This document shows positions 27,780 through 37,896 of a DNA stretch of 64,000 nt, one piece after another. A program made the translations under genes and the position numbers. Source of the stretch: Candidatus Latescibacterota bacterium (GTDB taxonomy: Bacteria; Latescibacterota; UBA2968; UBA8231); contig OZ242214.1 in assembly GCA_965206595.1 (NCBI GenBank), forward strand, positions 3,776,001-3,840,000, read 5' to 3'. Below the pieces are notes generated by a model. That model had not been told where the DNA came from. It did no database searches and saw only the letters and a list, made by a program, of their open reading frames with translations. Each line of letters begins with the position of its first letter. The first letter of the stretch is position 1.

Positions 27780-28532
27780 ATGTTGGATATCGTCACGAGC
27801 GGTGGGCCGTTGATGGTACCTCTGATCGGGTGCGCTGTCTTGTCCCTCGCCCTGATTATCGAGCGCGTGGTGGTGTTCCGCCGACTTCCCGACCGCGACA
27901 GAGCCCGGGAAGAGCTGGAACGGGTGGAAAGCGCGCTGGTCGACAGAGGAGAGGAAGCAGTAGTCGAGGAATGCAACCAAGGGAAGGGTGTTCTCAACTA
28001 CATGTTTGCCTCTCTCCTGCAACGCTACGACGTCCTGATGATCGAGCAGCGGGAATTCCAGGGGACGCACGAGGAGATCATACGTCTGTCCGAGGCGGCG
28101 GGGGGCGCCCAGATAGGCCGCTTCCTGGTTATGGAGAACGCCTTGAAAGACCTGAAGGATGAACTGGTGATCCAGACGGAAGAGGCCTTGCGCGGATACC
28201 TCGGAAAGCATCTGCCCGTTTTACAAACGATCGGGACCATCAGTCCACTGCTGGGACTGCTGGGAACGATCATAGGTATGATCATCGCCTTCGAGTCCAT
28301 CGCGGTGTCCGGGACCGGAGATCCGAAGGTCGTAGCCGGTGGCATATCGCAGGCCCTTGGCACGACGGCGGGGGGGCTGATCATCGCCATCCCCACGATC
28401 GTGGCCTACCGTTATCTGGCGCGCAGGGCCGAGGTATGCAAGGAACGGGTGGAGGTATACGGACACGCGTTTTCAAACGCCTTGATCATGGCGGGAAAGC
28501 GGCGTGAAGAGGCGCAACAAGGGCAGGGTTAG
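27780..28532 (+). CDS. exbB: MotA/TolQ/ExbB proton channel family protein (no adjacent exbD)
   Basis: AAGGAG RBS; SGGPLMVPL..., TIGTISPLLGLLGTIIGMI, VAGGISQALGTTAGGLIIAIP. Confidence 0.88.
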   Translation: MLDIVTSGGPLMVPLIGCAVLSLALIIERVVVFRRLPDRDRAREELERVESALVDRGEEAVVEECNQGKGVLNYMFASLLQRYDVLMIEQREFQGTHEEIIRLSEAAGGAQIGRFLVMENALKDLKDELVIQTEEALRGYLGKHLPVLQTIGTISPLLGLLGTIIGMIIAFESIAVSGTGDPKVVAGGISQALGTTAGGLIIAIPTIVAYRYLARRAEVCKERVEVYGHAFSNALIMAGKRREEAQQGQG

Positions 28533-28593
28533 CCAACCTGTTCTGGGCGGGCGAAGTTACGGGATGTTTCCGCCTGCCATCGCTGGTACCAAT

Positions 28594-28651
28594 GGCTGTA
28601 CCCCTGTTCTTGAAGCCCCCTCGGCTGTACCCCTGTTCTTGAAGCCCCCTC
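28594..28651. repeat. Perfect 29-bp tandem duplication
   Basis: GGCTGTACCCCTGTTCTTGAAGCCCCCTC at 28594-28622 and 28623-28651. Confidence 0.9.
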
Positions 28652-28675
28652 GACAGACAAGAGTCAGCCCTCTCG

Positions 28676-30190
28676 ATGATCGACATCGGAACGACCAAGC
28701 AGCTCTTCTTCGACGACTACCTGATCGAAGCCCTGACCAAGGCCAGGCAGGGCATGAACCAGGCGGTCAAGGTGGACGACAACCCCATCCTGCGGCCGGA
28801 GCGACCCTGGGAGGGAAACCACGTGAGGCCCGAAAAAGTGGTTTTCGACCCCGGGGATCAGGTCTTCAGGATGTGGTACAACGCATCTACCACTTCGGTT
28901 CGGCTCGAAAACGGCAAGCCCGTTCCCGGCGGCGCTGCCGGTTTCGAGCTGGACACACAGGGGGGCGTGACCTGCCTGGCCATCTCCCGGGACGGCGTCC
29001 ACTGGGAGCGGCCCTCGCTCGGGCTCGTGGAGTTCGAGGGATCTAAGGACAACAACATCCTCCCCGTAAAAGGGAATCTGCCCACCCACCCGGATTTCAG
29101 AGACCCGCACGAGACGGACCCCGCAAAGCTGTACAAGGCCATGCGCCTGACCGGCGGCACACGGACGCGGGGCATGCAATACGACCTCTTCCATTCCCCG
29201 GACGGGTTCGAGTGGACTGCTTACGAGGGCAACCCCGTCATCGACACCGGACAGGAATTGGGACGCTGGTCGGGCCGCTTTCAGGGATGGGACCCCATAC
29301 GCGAAACCTACTACGTCACGATGGAGGCCGGTCACCACTGGCGGGGTCCCTACGGCAAGCGCCTGGTAGGCAAGGCGGAAAGCCCGGACATGATCCACTG
29401 GAGCGAGCCCGAGATCATCCTGGTACCGGACCGGGAGGACTTCCCCGACACCGAGTTCTACAGCATGCCGGTCCTGCCCTACGAGGGGATTTACGTCGGG
29501 TTGCTGTGGATCTTTCGCACCACCAACGTCACCCATCACCCGGAGCTCGTCTTCAGCCGGAACGGCTTTCACTGCCAGCGCAACTACCGGGAGCCGTTCA
29601 TTCCCCGCGGGTCCGCCCGGGCGGACTTCGACTCGAGCAGCGTCTACGCCCAGGACGTCATCGTCCACGGGGACCGCATACTCACCTACTACATCGGCAC
29701 GAACAGCCGCTCTCCCGAGATCGCATTGGAGCTCGGCGACAAGGCCGCGACCGGCATCGGCCTGGCAGTTTCGCGGCTCGACGGGTTCGTCTCCCTGGAC
29801 AGCGGCAAAGGCTGGATGGTTTCCGACCTGTCCGAGGACGAGCTCGCGAAGACCACCGGCGAGCGGGTGCTCTTCACGGAGCCGGAGTCGTTCGGCCAGA
29901 TGGTGACCCGCCCATTCCGCTTCTCCGGGTCGCGCCTGCGTGTGAACGCGAGCATGGCGCCGGTCGCCGCCGGCCCGGGTCCCGGCGAGGTGCGGGTGGA
30001 GATTCTGAGGCCGAACTTCAAGAAGCTGCCCGGGTTCACCTTCGACGACGCCGACCCGATGACCCGTTCCAGTCTGGACCATGCCGTTTCCTGGAACGGC
30101 AGTTCCGACCTGAGCGCGCTGGCCGGCCGCTCGATAAAGCTTCGCTTCTATTTCAAGAACGCCAAGCTCTACTCCTTCCAATTCAGATAG
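28676..30190 (+). CDS. Uncharacterised GH32/GH43-like beta-propeller protein, close paralog of 6165-7712
   Basis: MIDIGTTKQLFFDD, NPILRPERPWEG, SPDGFEWTAYEGNPVID, AESPDMIHWS, LRFYFKNAKLYSFQFR. Confidence 0.8.
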   Translation: MIDIGTTKQLFFDDYLIEALTKARQGMNQAVKVDDNPILRPERPWEGNHVRPEKVVFDPGDQVFRMWYNASTTSVRLENGKPVPGGAAGFELDTQGGVTCLAISRDGVHWERPSLGLVEFEGSKDNNILPVKGNLPTHPDFRDPHETDPAKLYKAMRLTGGTRTRGMQYDLFHSPDGFEWTAYEGNPVIDTGQELGRWSGRFQGWDPIRETYYVTMEAGHHWRGPYGKRLVGKAESPDMIHWSEPEIILVPDREDFPDTEFYSMPVLPYEGIYVGLLWIFRTTNVTHHPELVFSRNGFHCQRNYREPFIPRGSARADFDSSSVYAQDVIVHGDRILTYYIGTNSRSPEIALELGDKAATGIGLAVSRLDGFVSLDSGKGWMVSDLSEDELAKTTGERVLFTEPESFGQMVTRPFRFSGSRLRVNASMAPVAAGPGPGEVRVEILRPNFKKLPGFTFDDADPMTRSSLDHAVSWNGSSDLSALAGRSIKLRFYFKNAKLYSFQFR

Positions 30191-30297
30191 TCCCGGGCAG
30201 GAGGCCGCAACTGGGCCGTGTTCAACAGCGAGAAGATGGGAAGATTCAGAGCCCCCGCAGTAGATTGGCGCAACCGCGAAAAGAGCGGAGGAGCAGG

Positions 30298-31338
30298 ATG
30301 GACATTCTCGAACGCTACGTAGCCATCGACGACAAGTGCGCATGGCCGAACCTGACGCTCATGCCGGACGGCAGCATCGTGGCGACCATCTTCGGCGAGC
30401 CCTGCCACCAGCTGTGGGAAGGGTCGCCCGAATGCTGGATCAGCAGCGACGGAGGCAGGCTCTGGTCCTTCCTCAGCGTTCCGGTTCAGCACGAACGGGG
30501 CCGCACCCGAGGCGACCTGGCCGCGGGTCTGACCCACGACGGGGCCTTCGTGGTCCTGTGCAGCGGCCGCAGGTTCGCGCCGCCCCGGGGGGAGCTGCTC
30601 GAGCGGCCCAGAACCAGGGAGGAGACGGGAAACCAGGACGCGGTGGTCTGCCGTTCCACGGACGGGGGCCGAACTTGGAGCAGGGACGGGGCCATCCACT
30701 ATCCCCCGAACGTCGACAACGCCGTCCCGTTCGGAGACGTGGTGAAGCTTCCCGGGAATCGTCTGGCCGTTTCCTGCTATTCGGCCGAAGACGACCGCGC
30801 CGAGGACGAAAGCGGCGACAGCGCCTGGATCTACTTCAGCGACGATGACGGGCGAACCTGGGGGGATGCCCGGCTCATCGGCGCGGACAGGTACAACGAA
30901 ACCGACCTGCTGGTCCTGGGGGCGGGCAAGCTGCTCGCCGCCAGCCGCACGGCGAGAACAGCCGAGACCGAGATCTTTGCCTCCGGAGACGGAGGGCAAA
31001 CCTGGACCTGCCGCGGTGCGGTGACGCCCTCCAGGCATATGCCCGCCCATCTGCTGCAGCTCCAGGACCAATCGATCCTGCTCACCTACGGGGTGCGCCT
31101 GCGGGGCATGCTCGGAGTCTGCGCCATGATCAGTCGCGACGAAGGCGTCTCCTGGGACCATCCCCGGGTACTGTTCAATACCGATGTCTACCAGTCGGAT
31201 ACCAGTCCCATAGGGGTCGATGGCGGCTACCCCTCGAGCTTGCAGTTGGAAGACGGCACCATCCTCACCGCCTACTACTGCCAGCGCATTCCCATGCACC
31301 AGCGCTATCACATGGGTGTCGTTCTCTGGCGCGATTGA
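30298..31338 (+). CDS. BNR/Asp-box (sialidase-like) beta-propeller protein
   Basis: Start refined to ATG 30298 after GGAGGAG. Asp-boxes SSDGGRLW, STDGGRTW, SDDDGRTW, SGDGGQTW, SRDEGVSW; C-terminal DGGYPSS...ILTAYY. Confidence 0.88.
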   Translation: MDILERYVAIDDKCAWPNLTLMPDGSIVATIFGEPCHQLWEGSPECWISSDGGRLWSFLSVPVQHERGRTRGDLAAGLTHDGAFVVLCSGRRFAPPRGELLERPRTREETGNQDAVVCRSTDGGRTWSRDGAIHYPPNVDNAVPFGDVVKLPGNRLAVSCYSAEDDRAEDESGDSAWIYFSDDDGRTWGDARLIGADRYNETDLLVLGAGKLLAASRTARTAETEIFASGDGGQTWTCRGAVTPSRHMPAHLLQLQDQSILLTYGVRLRGMLGVCAMISRDEGVSWDHPRVLFNTDVYQSDTSPIGVDGGYPSSLQLEDGTILTAYYCQRIPMHQRYHMGVVLWRD

Positions 31339-31475
31339 TCCTGGAAATCAGCGCCCCGGCGACCGGGACCATTTACGCCCCAGGCCGGGCCGTCGCGGGC
31401 AGGATTTCGATTGAAGCCTTGCTTCCCGCAGGGCTGCGACAGCATCTCGCAGCTTCACCGTGTGGAACCGCAGAC

Positions 31476-32234
31476 ATGACTGACGATCTCGATCCCAGGC
31501 GGCACCTGGAACTCGAAGGCACCGTCAACACGAGGGACATAGGCGGATACGCGACCCGGGACGGGCGGCGGACCCGCTGGGGCAGACTGCTGCGGTCCGA
31601 CTCCCTGCACCGGCTCTCACCACGGTCGCGGCAGGCCCTCCTCGATTTCGGTTTGCGTTCGGTTCTCGACCTGAGAAAGAGCCTGGAGATGCAGAAGAAC
31701 CGCAACGTCTTCTTCGGCTCAGACAAGGTGAAGTACTACCATCAGAACATGGTCGGAGATACCCTGATCCGGGAACGCGAAAGCATCCCGGAGTCTCTCG
31801 ATTACGTCGAGCACATGCGCTGGTCCTACTCGGTGGTTCTCGACCGGCGCAAGTCCCAGATACACGACACGCTCTGCCTTCTGGCGCAGTCGGAGACGCT
31901 TCCCGCCCTCGTCCACTGCGCCGGCGGCACCGAAAGGACGGGGCTCATCGTCGGCCTGGTCCTCGGGATCGCCGGAGTCCCCGATGAGACGATCGCCGAA
32001 GACTTCGCCCTCACCGCCCGCTTCTCATACGGCCCCTATCTCGAAGCTCACCCTGAGCTCAGCGCCGGCGACTACACCTTGGAGGACCACCGGAACCGGG
32101 AGTGCCGGCCCGATACCATGCTCGCCGTGCTCCGCACCCTCGAGGAGCGCTATTGCGGCGTCGTGGGCTACGCCCGCAACATCGGCATGAGCGAGGAGCA
32201 GATCCATTCCCTCCGCGAGGCCATTGTCGAATAG
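31476..32234 (+). CDS. Tyrosine-protein phosphatase family, paralog of 17207-17983
   Basis: Start refined to ATG 31476 (MTDDLDPRR, matching the paralog MDDGLDPRR). Motifs NTRDIGGY and VHCAGGTERTG. Confidence 0.88.
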   Translation: MTDDLDPRRHLELEGTVNTRDIGGYATRDGRRTRWGRLLRSDSLHRLSPRSRQALLDFGLRSVLDLRKSLEMQKNRNVFFGSDKVKYYHQNMVGDTLIRERESIPESLDYVEHMRWSYSVVLDRRKSQIHDTLCLLAQSETLPALVHCAGGTERTGLIVGLVLGIAGVPDETIAEDFALTARFSYGPYLEAHPELSAGDYTLEDHRNRECRPDTMLAVLRTLEERYCGVVGYARNIGMSEEQIHSLREAIVE

Positions 32235-32626
32235 GCAGCCAATTGCCGGTTATCCGGAGAGGCTGTCCGCGGTCTCGGTCGTGCGTCTTCTGGAAGAACG
32301 AGCGAACGTCGAGATCCGGGTGTGACGTGGTTTCCACGCATCCTGTCAGGGGAAGCGCTTCGCGGTGCTGTTGGCGGGAGACAGCGTGCTCGGTGGCACT
32401 TGCCGCTGTTACATATGAAACGAGCTCCCAACCGGGTTCGCGAAGTCTTTGTCGGGACCCCTGACGCCAGCTGCCGCGTTCCTTCAGCAGGACGGCTCTG
32501 ACGATCTCGGATGCTTGACACGTCGTCGATCCTCGATCTCTTTCCCCGAATGGGCGGCTCCAAAAAACCCGCAGAGCGGTGACGGCCGCCACCCTTCACA
32601 CATCCAGCCTTCAGTCAGACCGAACC

Positions 32627-33550
32627 ATGGAAAAGACACCCCTGGGAAAGACCGGGCTGGAAGTGAGCCGCCTGGGAATCGGCCTTTCGGAGATCGGTTA
32701 CATCCTGACCCGGGACGACCAGGAGCAGGCCGCCCGCGTCCTGAATTCGGCGCTGGACGCCGGCATCAACTTCCTCGACACCGCGGCCTGTTATGGCATC
32801 AGCGAAGAGCTGGTGGGCAAAACGGTATCCCATCGCCGCAGCGAGTTCCTGCTGGCGACCAAGGCCGGACATTTCGTCCCTCGCGGGCAGGGCGAAGACT
32901 GGACGTACGATGTCGTCGCCAACAGCATTGACCGCAGCCTGCGGCTGATGAACACCGACTACCTCGATCTGGTGCAGTTGCACTCCTGCCGGATCGACGT
33001 GCTCGAGCGCGGCGACGTCACCCGGGCGCTGGAGGACGCCAGGGCGGCCGGGAAGACGCGCTCCATCGGCTACTCGGGGGACAACGAGAACGCCGAATGG
33101 GCCGTCGACAGCGGGCAGTTCGAGACCCTGCAGACCTCCTTCAACCTGGTGGACCAGGGAGCGCGCCGGAAAATCTTCCCAGCCGCCGAAGCCAGGGGCA
33201 TGGGCATCATCATCAAGCGCCCCATTGCCAACGCCGTATGGGGGGCCGCGCGGGATCCCAGGCCGTACGAGCACCTTCCCGAATACACCGCCGAGTACTA
33301 TCGGCGCGCAGGGATGCTGCGCACCGAAGGGCCGCTTCCCGAAGAGCCGGACGACCGCATCCTGCTGGCCATGGGATTCGCCTTCGGCCACCCGGAGGTC
33401 GACGTCGCGATCATCGGCACGAAACAGCCCCAGCACATGCTGGCGAACATCGACCTGGTGTCGAAGCGGCTGCCGATCGCGCCCGAGACGGTCGAAGCGC
33501 TGCGGGATCGCTACGACCGTCTCGAAGAGGACTGGGAACAGTGCGGGTAG
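32627..33550 (+). CDS. Aldo/keto reductase
   Basis: MEKTPLGKTGLEVSRLGIG, GINFLDTAACYG.SEE, LATK, SLRLMNTDYLDLVQLH, GKTRSIGYS. Confidence 0.92.
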   Translation: MEKTPLGKTGLEVSRLGIGLSEIGYILTRDDQEQAARVLNSALDAGINFLDTAACYGISEELVGKTVSHRRSEFLLATKAGHFVPRGQGEDWTYDVVANSIDRSLRLMNTDYLDLVQLHSCRIDVLERGDVTRALEDARAAGKTRSIGYSGDNENAEWAVDSGQFETLQTSFNLVDQGARRKIFPAAEARGMGIIIKRPIANAVWGAARDPRPYEHLPEYTAEYYRRAGMLRTEGPLPEEPDDRILLAMGFAFGHPEVDVAIIGTKQPQHMLANIDLVSKRLPIAPETVEALRDRYDRLEEDWEQCG

Positions 33551-33617
33551 CTGTCCAGGCGGCAGGATGGCTGCGATTCCAGGAAAGATGTTTCAGACGA
33601 AAGCGGGAGAACGCTGA

Positions 33618-34805
33618 ATGACTGATTTAGGGGAACGCGCGGAAAGCGAACGGGGACATGTACGCATCACCGGGGTCACGGCCATGCAGCTCAGGAATTC
33701 CACCGGGCAAAGCCTGGTGCGCGTGGACACCGACTCCGGTCTATTCGGTATCGGCGAAGCGGGAGCCCGGGGTCCGATGTGCAGGGCGCACCTGGAATGG
33801 CTCGCAGGCAAGGTGCTCCTCGGCGCCGACCCGCTCAACATCGACAAGCTCTATCACCAGATGATGGGGCTGCAGCATGCCTACCAGGCGCACGTACCCG
33901 TGGTCAGCGGCGTCGACATCGCCCTGTGGGACCTGGCCGGGAAGATTCTCGGCGTTTCGGTCAGCGAGCTGCTGACCGGCCGCTTTCGCGAGCGCGTCGA
34001 CATGTATTTCAACGGCGATCCCTCCGACTGGAGCGAGCGCTCCGCGGTCGACGACTTCGCCGCGGAATTCAAGTCCCATCCCTACGGGTTCCGCACCCTG
34101 AAATGCAGCTTCCCGATGCCCGAAGAGGAACGTCTCTCGCGGCCGTTCGCCGGGGCGGAACCGAATCAGTCGCTGAAGGGGAGCGACCTGAAGATCATCC
34201 GGGATGGAGTCGGGACCATGCGCGACGCCCTGGGGTGGGATTACGACTTCATCACTCACTGTCACAACGAATGGGACGTGCCGACCGCGATCGGTATCTG
34301 CCAGGCGATCGAGGAATCGCGTCCCGTCTGGATAGAGGATCCGCTGCAGGTCTGGTCCGGCGACGGCTACCGGGCGCTCAGGGCGTCATCGCGGGTGCCG
34401 GTCTGCACCGGGGAGAAGATCGAGGGGTATCGCGATTTCTTTCCCTTTATCGCCGAGGGGTGCATCGACGTGCTCCATCCCGACCTGTGCTGGTGCGGCG
34501 GCATCAGCGGCGGACGCAAGATCGCCGAGCTCGCCGACCACTTCGGCCTTCCTGTGGCGCTCCACAACTGCGGCACCCTCGTTCACAACATGGCCAACAT
34601 CCATTTCGGAGCGTGTGTGCGCAATTTCAGCATGAGCGAGACGCGCCTGTACGAACACCGCTACATTGCCGACATGGGAGGGCTCGACGGCTTCGATATC
34701 GTCGACGGCAAGATCGCGGTACCGGACGGTCCCGGGTTGGGGATCGAGCTCGTGCCCGAGGTGTTGCGCGCCGAGCTCCCGGAAGGCGAGCCGTTCTGGG
34801 AGTAA
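33618..34805 (+). CDS. Mandelate racemase/muconate lactonising enzyme family dehydratase
   Basis: VRVDTDSGLFGIGEA, VSGVDIALWDLAGK, HCH, WIEDP, CTGE, HPD, ALHN, PDGPGLG. Confidence 0.88.
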   Translation: MTDLGERAESERGHVRITGVTAMQLRNSTGQSLVRVDTDSGLFGIGEAGARGPMCRAHLEWLAGKVLLGADPLNIDKLYHQMMGLQHAYQAHVPVVSGVDIALWDLAGKILGVSVSELLTGRFRERVDMYFNGDPSDWSERSAVDDFAAEFKSHPYGFRTLKCSFPMPEEERLSRPFAGAEPNQSLKGSDLKIIRDGVGTMRDALGWDYDFITHCHNEWDVPTAIGICQAIEESRPVWIEDPLQVWSGDGYRALRASSRVPVCTGEKIEGYRDFFPFIAEGCIDVLHPDLCWCGGISGGRKIAELADHFGLPVALHNCGTLVHNMANIHFGACVRNFSMSETRLYEHRYIADMGGLDGFDIVDGKIAVPDGPGLGIELVPEVLRAELPEGEPFWE

Positions 34806-34854
34806 CCGATACACCGCCGCCGATCGGCCCCCGGGAAACGGAAGACAAGGGAAC

Positions 34855-35964
34855 ATGAAGATCGAACGAATTGAAGTAAGGTCGGTCGCTCCCCCGACGG
34901 AGCAGTTCACCTGGTCCGACGATCTCCCGGCGCAGTTCGCGACCAACACGGTGCTGCGCCTGTTCGCCGGCGGCATCGAGGCGGTCTCCGGTGTCTGGAA
35001 CGCGACCTCGTACGGGTTCGAGAAATACACTGCCGAGGCGATCCGTCACGTCGCCCCCATCCTCATCGGGCGCGACCCCCTGCAGCGGGAAGCACTCTTC
35101 CACGACATCCGGCCTCGCGTGTTTCCGCTGCCGCCGCAGGTGCTCGCATCCATCGACATCGCGCTCTGGGACCTGGCCGGAAAAGCTGCAGGGATGCCGA
35201 TCTACCGAATGCTGGGGGCCGCGCGGGAGCGCATCCGCTCCTACGCGAGCACACCGCTGCTCGAGGATGTCCCGGCCTACCTGAAGTTCGTCGAGGATCT
35301 GCTCGGCGAGGGCTACACCGCGGTCAAGTTCCACACCTGGTGCATCCCCGACAGGGACCTCGAGCTGTCCCGCGAGGTGGCGCGGGAGTTCGACACCTCG
35401 AAGACCGACTTCATGCTCGACGCCGAGAACAACTACGACCGCGGCAGCTCCCTGAAGGTCGCCAGGGAGATCGAGGAGCTCGGGTTCACCTGGTTCGAGG
35501 CGCCGCTGCCGGACTGGGATCTCGACGGCTACCGGGAGCTGACCCGCAGGACCTCCATCCCGGTGCTGCCGTCGGGCAACTGGTTCATGGACCTGATGAG
35601 CTTCAGGGAGGCGATCGAGAGCAAGGCCTGGCGCTCAGCCCGCACCGACGTCCACATGATGGGCGGCATCACGCAGACGCAGAAGGCGATCGCCCTGACC
35701 GAGGCGGCCGGCATCAACTGCGAGATCATGTCCTGGGGATACAGCCTGAACTCCGCGGCCAACCTTCACCTGATGCTCGCCCACGACAACTGCTCCTTCT
35801 ACGAGCACTCCGTCCCTCAGAAGCCGTACGAGTACGGGATGATCGACGTCATCCGCTCCGATGCGGACGGCTACGTCCACGCCCCGCAAAAACCGGGACT
35901 CGGCCTCGACGTCGACTGGGAACAGATGAAGTCGGCGACGTTTCACGAATTCACCATCGAATAG
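34855..35964 (+). CDS. Mandelate racemase/muconate lactonising enzyme family protein
   Basis: Start refined to ATG 34855 (MKIERIEV). Motifs IDIALWDLAGK, SYAS, KFH, MLDA, WFEAP, PQKPGLG. Confidence 0.88.
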   Translation: MKIERIEVRSVAPPTEQFTWSDDLPAQFATNTVLRLFAGGIEAVSGVWNATSYGFEKYTAEAIRHVAPILIGRDPLQREALFHDIRPRVFPLPPQVLASIDIALWDLAGKAAGMPIYRMLGAARERIRSYASTPLLEDVPAYLKFVEDLLGEGYTAVKFHTWCIPDRDLELSREVAREFDTSKTDFMLDAENNYDRGSSLKVAREIEELGFTWFEAPLPDWDLDGYRELTRRTSIPVLPSGNWFMDLMSFREAIESKAWRSARTDVHMMGGITQTQKAIALTEAAGINCEIMSWGYSLNSAANLHLMLAHDNCSFYEHSVPQKPYEYGMIDVIRSDADGYVHAPQKPGLGLDVDWEQMKSATFHEFTIE

Positions 35965-36012
35965 CGCAGGACCTGCTGTCTGATGGTGTGACTGTGCAGT
36001 TCGGCGGGGGGG

Positions 36013-36723
36013 CTACTTCAGGATGTCGAGAGTCGCTGCGATAACGTCCTCGCCCTTCATCAGCCGGCACTTCGCCTCGCCGATCTTCCCCTCCACGAGT
36101 TGGCCTCGCTCTCGCAGGACCTCCTCCATACGGTCGAAGGCGATCGTGCCCCCCATCATCTCCGTCAAAGTCACCTCCACCTCCCCCCGCGCGGGGTGGT
36201 TGAGGATGACGACTTTCGGGTTTTCCGGTGAGATCGACTTGTGGCGATCGTCTCCCGCATAGTCCTCACCGATATGGATGGCCGAGTTGGACTTGTGGTC
36301 CACGCCCAGCAGTAACACGTAGCCGCCTCTCTTGCACAGCCGGTCCAAGGCGCAATCCCTTCCCAGGGCACCGCGGTCCAGGTCATCCACCAGACTATCC
36401 GCATCCGGTCCGATCGCCGTTGCCGCGTGTGTCGGGTGGAGACTGCGAACGGCTCCCGGGAAGTTTCGCCCCGCTTCCGTGATTGCTCCGTTCAACGAGG
36501 GCGAGACGAGGGGGTCGAAGTACTGGCAGCCGCTGTGGGTGAAGGTCGGCACCATCAGCGTCCCCCCGGGCCCGAGCAATTGCACGAATGCTTCCACCAC
36601 GGTCCGTGCTCCACCCTCGACGCGGCCCATGCTCGACAGGGAACTGTGGACCATGACGCTGTCGCCGGCCTTCAGGCCCATGGCCTCCAGACAGCTGATT
36701 ATTTCGGCTCGGGTAACATTCAT
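36013..36723 (-). CDS. AAC(3)/YokD-family N-acetyltransferase
   Basis: Start refined to ATG 36723 (MNVTRAEI). Motifs VMVHSSLSSMG.VEGGA, GTLMVPTFT, GAITE, RSLHPTH, LLLGV..NSAIHIGE. Confidence 0.85.
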   Translation of the reverse strand: MNVTRAEIISCLEAMGLKAGDSVMVHSSLSSMGRVEGGARTVVEAFVQLLGPGGTLMVPTFTHSGCQYFDPLVSPSLNGAITEAGRNFPGAVRSLHPTHAATAIGPDADSLVDDLDRGALGRDCALDRLCKRGGYVLLLGVDHKSNSAIHIGEDYAGDDRHKSISPENPKVVILNHPARGEVEVTLTEMMGGTIAFDRMEEVLRERGQLVEGKIGEAKCRLMKGEDVIAATLDILK

Positions 36724-36914
36724 TTCGCTTGCCTCGCGGCAGGTGATGTCGCGGCAGTGCCGTTTATGGAGAGCGTGAGTGTCCCGTCGCAGAAATATGT
36801 CGCCATTGAGACGCCGATCCATCCCGGCTCACGGGGTCCCAATTTTGTCAATCTATCTCTGCGGCGGAACACCAGGCATTGACGCGGCAGAACTCGCCGA
36901 TCGCCGGTCCGGAC

Positions 36915-37886
36915 TCACCGGTACACCGCCTGAATCAACGCCTTGATATAGCCGTTGGAATAGGCGCGGCTTGCCATGCCCGCGGTATCGCTCGGGATTC
37001 CGGGGGTGTGATCCATCATGATCGGCCCCTCGAACCGGACATCCCGGTAGGCTTCCATGGCAGCGACCATATCCATGTCGCCCTCGTCGAGAAACACCTC
37101 TTCGAACCGGTAGGGGGTACCGCGGATGTTGCGAAAGTGCACGAATACGATCTTGTTGCGCTCGCCGACCACGTGGATCGACTGCACGATATCCTCCCCC
37201 ATCTCTGCCACGCAGCCCTGGCAGAACAGCATGCCGCAGGCGTCGCTCGGGACCAGATCGAAAACCCTCTGGAAGTTCTCGATGCTCACCATGATGCGGG
37301 CGGCCCCACCAAGCGGTTCCGGAATCGGCGGGTCATCGGGATGGAAGGCGATGCGCACGCCGACATCTTCGGCAACCGGGACGACGCGCTGCAGAAAGTA
37401 TTCGAGATTCTCCCACAGCCGGTCCTCTGAAATGGCCAGATCCGGATAGTGGGGTGGGTCTTTCAGGTATTTCTCGTAATCGAAGGAGCTGTAGCTGATG
37501 CCGCCGCGACCGTAGGTGCTGCCGGTGCGGAAATGGCTGATCGCATAGAACGTCGTCGTCGTCGCGGGGACGCCCGCCGCGCCGATGGCCCGCAGCACCT
37601 TGATCCACCTCTCGATCTGTTCGTCTCTTCCCGGCAATCCGTGGATTATCCTGTCTCGGGGAATCTGGTTGGCGTGGAAGACGAAAAGCTCCAGTCCGTG
37701 ATCCTCCACCAGCCTTTCCATCTGCTTGAGCTCGTCCGTATGGTCCTCGCCATCACCCATTTCTTCGGGAAGGTGGACCATCAAGGACTCGATGCCGATC
37801 GCCAGGAAGAAGTTGAGCCTGTCAGGGGTAACGTCCTGCCAGTGCAGATAGTCCATCAACCTCGCGCCGCGGGCGCCTACGCTCAT
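36915..37886 (-). CDS. uxuA: Mannonate dehydratase UxuA family (start 37886 or 37856)
   Basis: GLPGRDEQIE, LWENLEYFLQRVVPVAEDVGVRIAFHPDDPP, FCQG, VHFRN, F.EVFLDEGDMDM, MDHTP, AYSNGYIKAL. Confidence 0.85.
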   Translation of the reverse strand: MSVGARGARLMDYLHWQDVTPDRLNFFLAIGIESLMVHLPEEMGDGEDHTDELKQMERLVEDHGLELFVFHANQIPRDRIIHGLPGRDEQIERWIKVLRAIGAAGVPATTTTFYAISHFRTGSTYGRGGISYSSFDYEKYLKDPPHYPDLAISEDRLWENLEYFLQRVVPVAEDVGVRIAFHPDDPPIPEPLGGAARIMVSIENFQRVFDLVPSDACGMLFCQGCVAEMGEDIVQSIHVVGERNKIVFVHFRNIRGTPYRFEEVFLDEGDMDMVAAMEAYRDVRFEGPIMMDHTPGIPSDTAGMASRAYSNGYIKALIQAVYR

Positions 37887-37896
37887 CGGGTGTCGG

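Noticed and set aside
32235-32626. Possible gene remnant in the ~390-bp gap before the aldo/keto reductase
   Set aside because: No frame gave a recognisable motif.
36013-36723. Aminoglycoside-resistance locus (AAC(3)-like, plus the Eis-like GNAT at 59124)
   Set aside because: Both families have many non-resistance members. Host-like composition and the lack of adjacent mobile context give no support.
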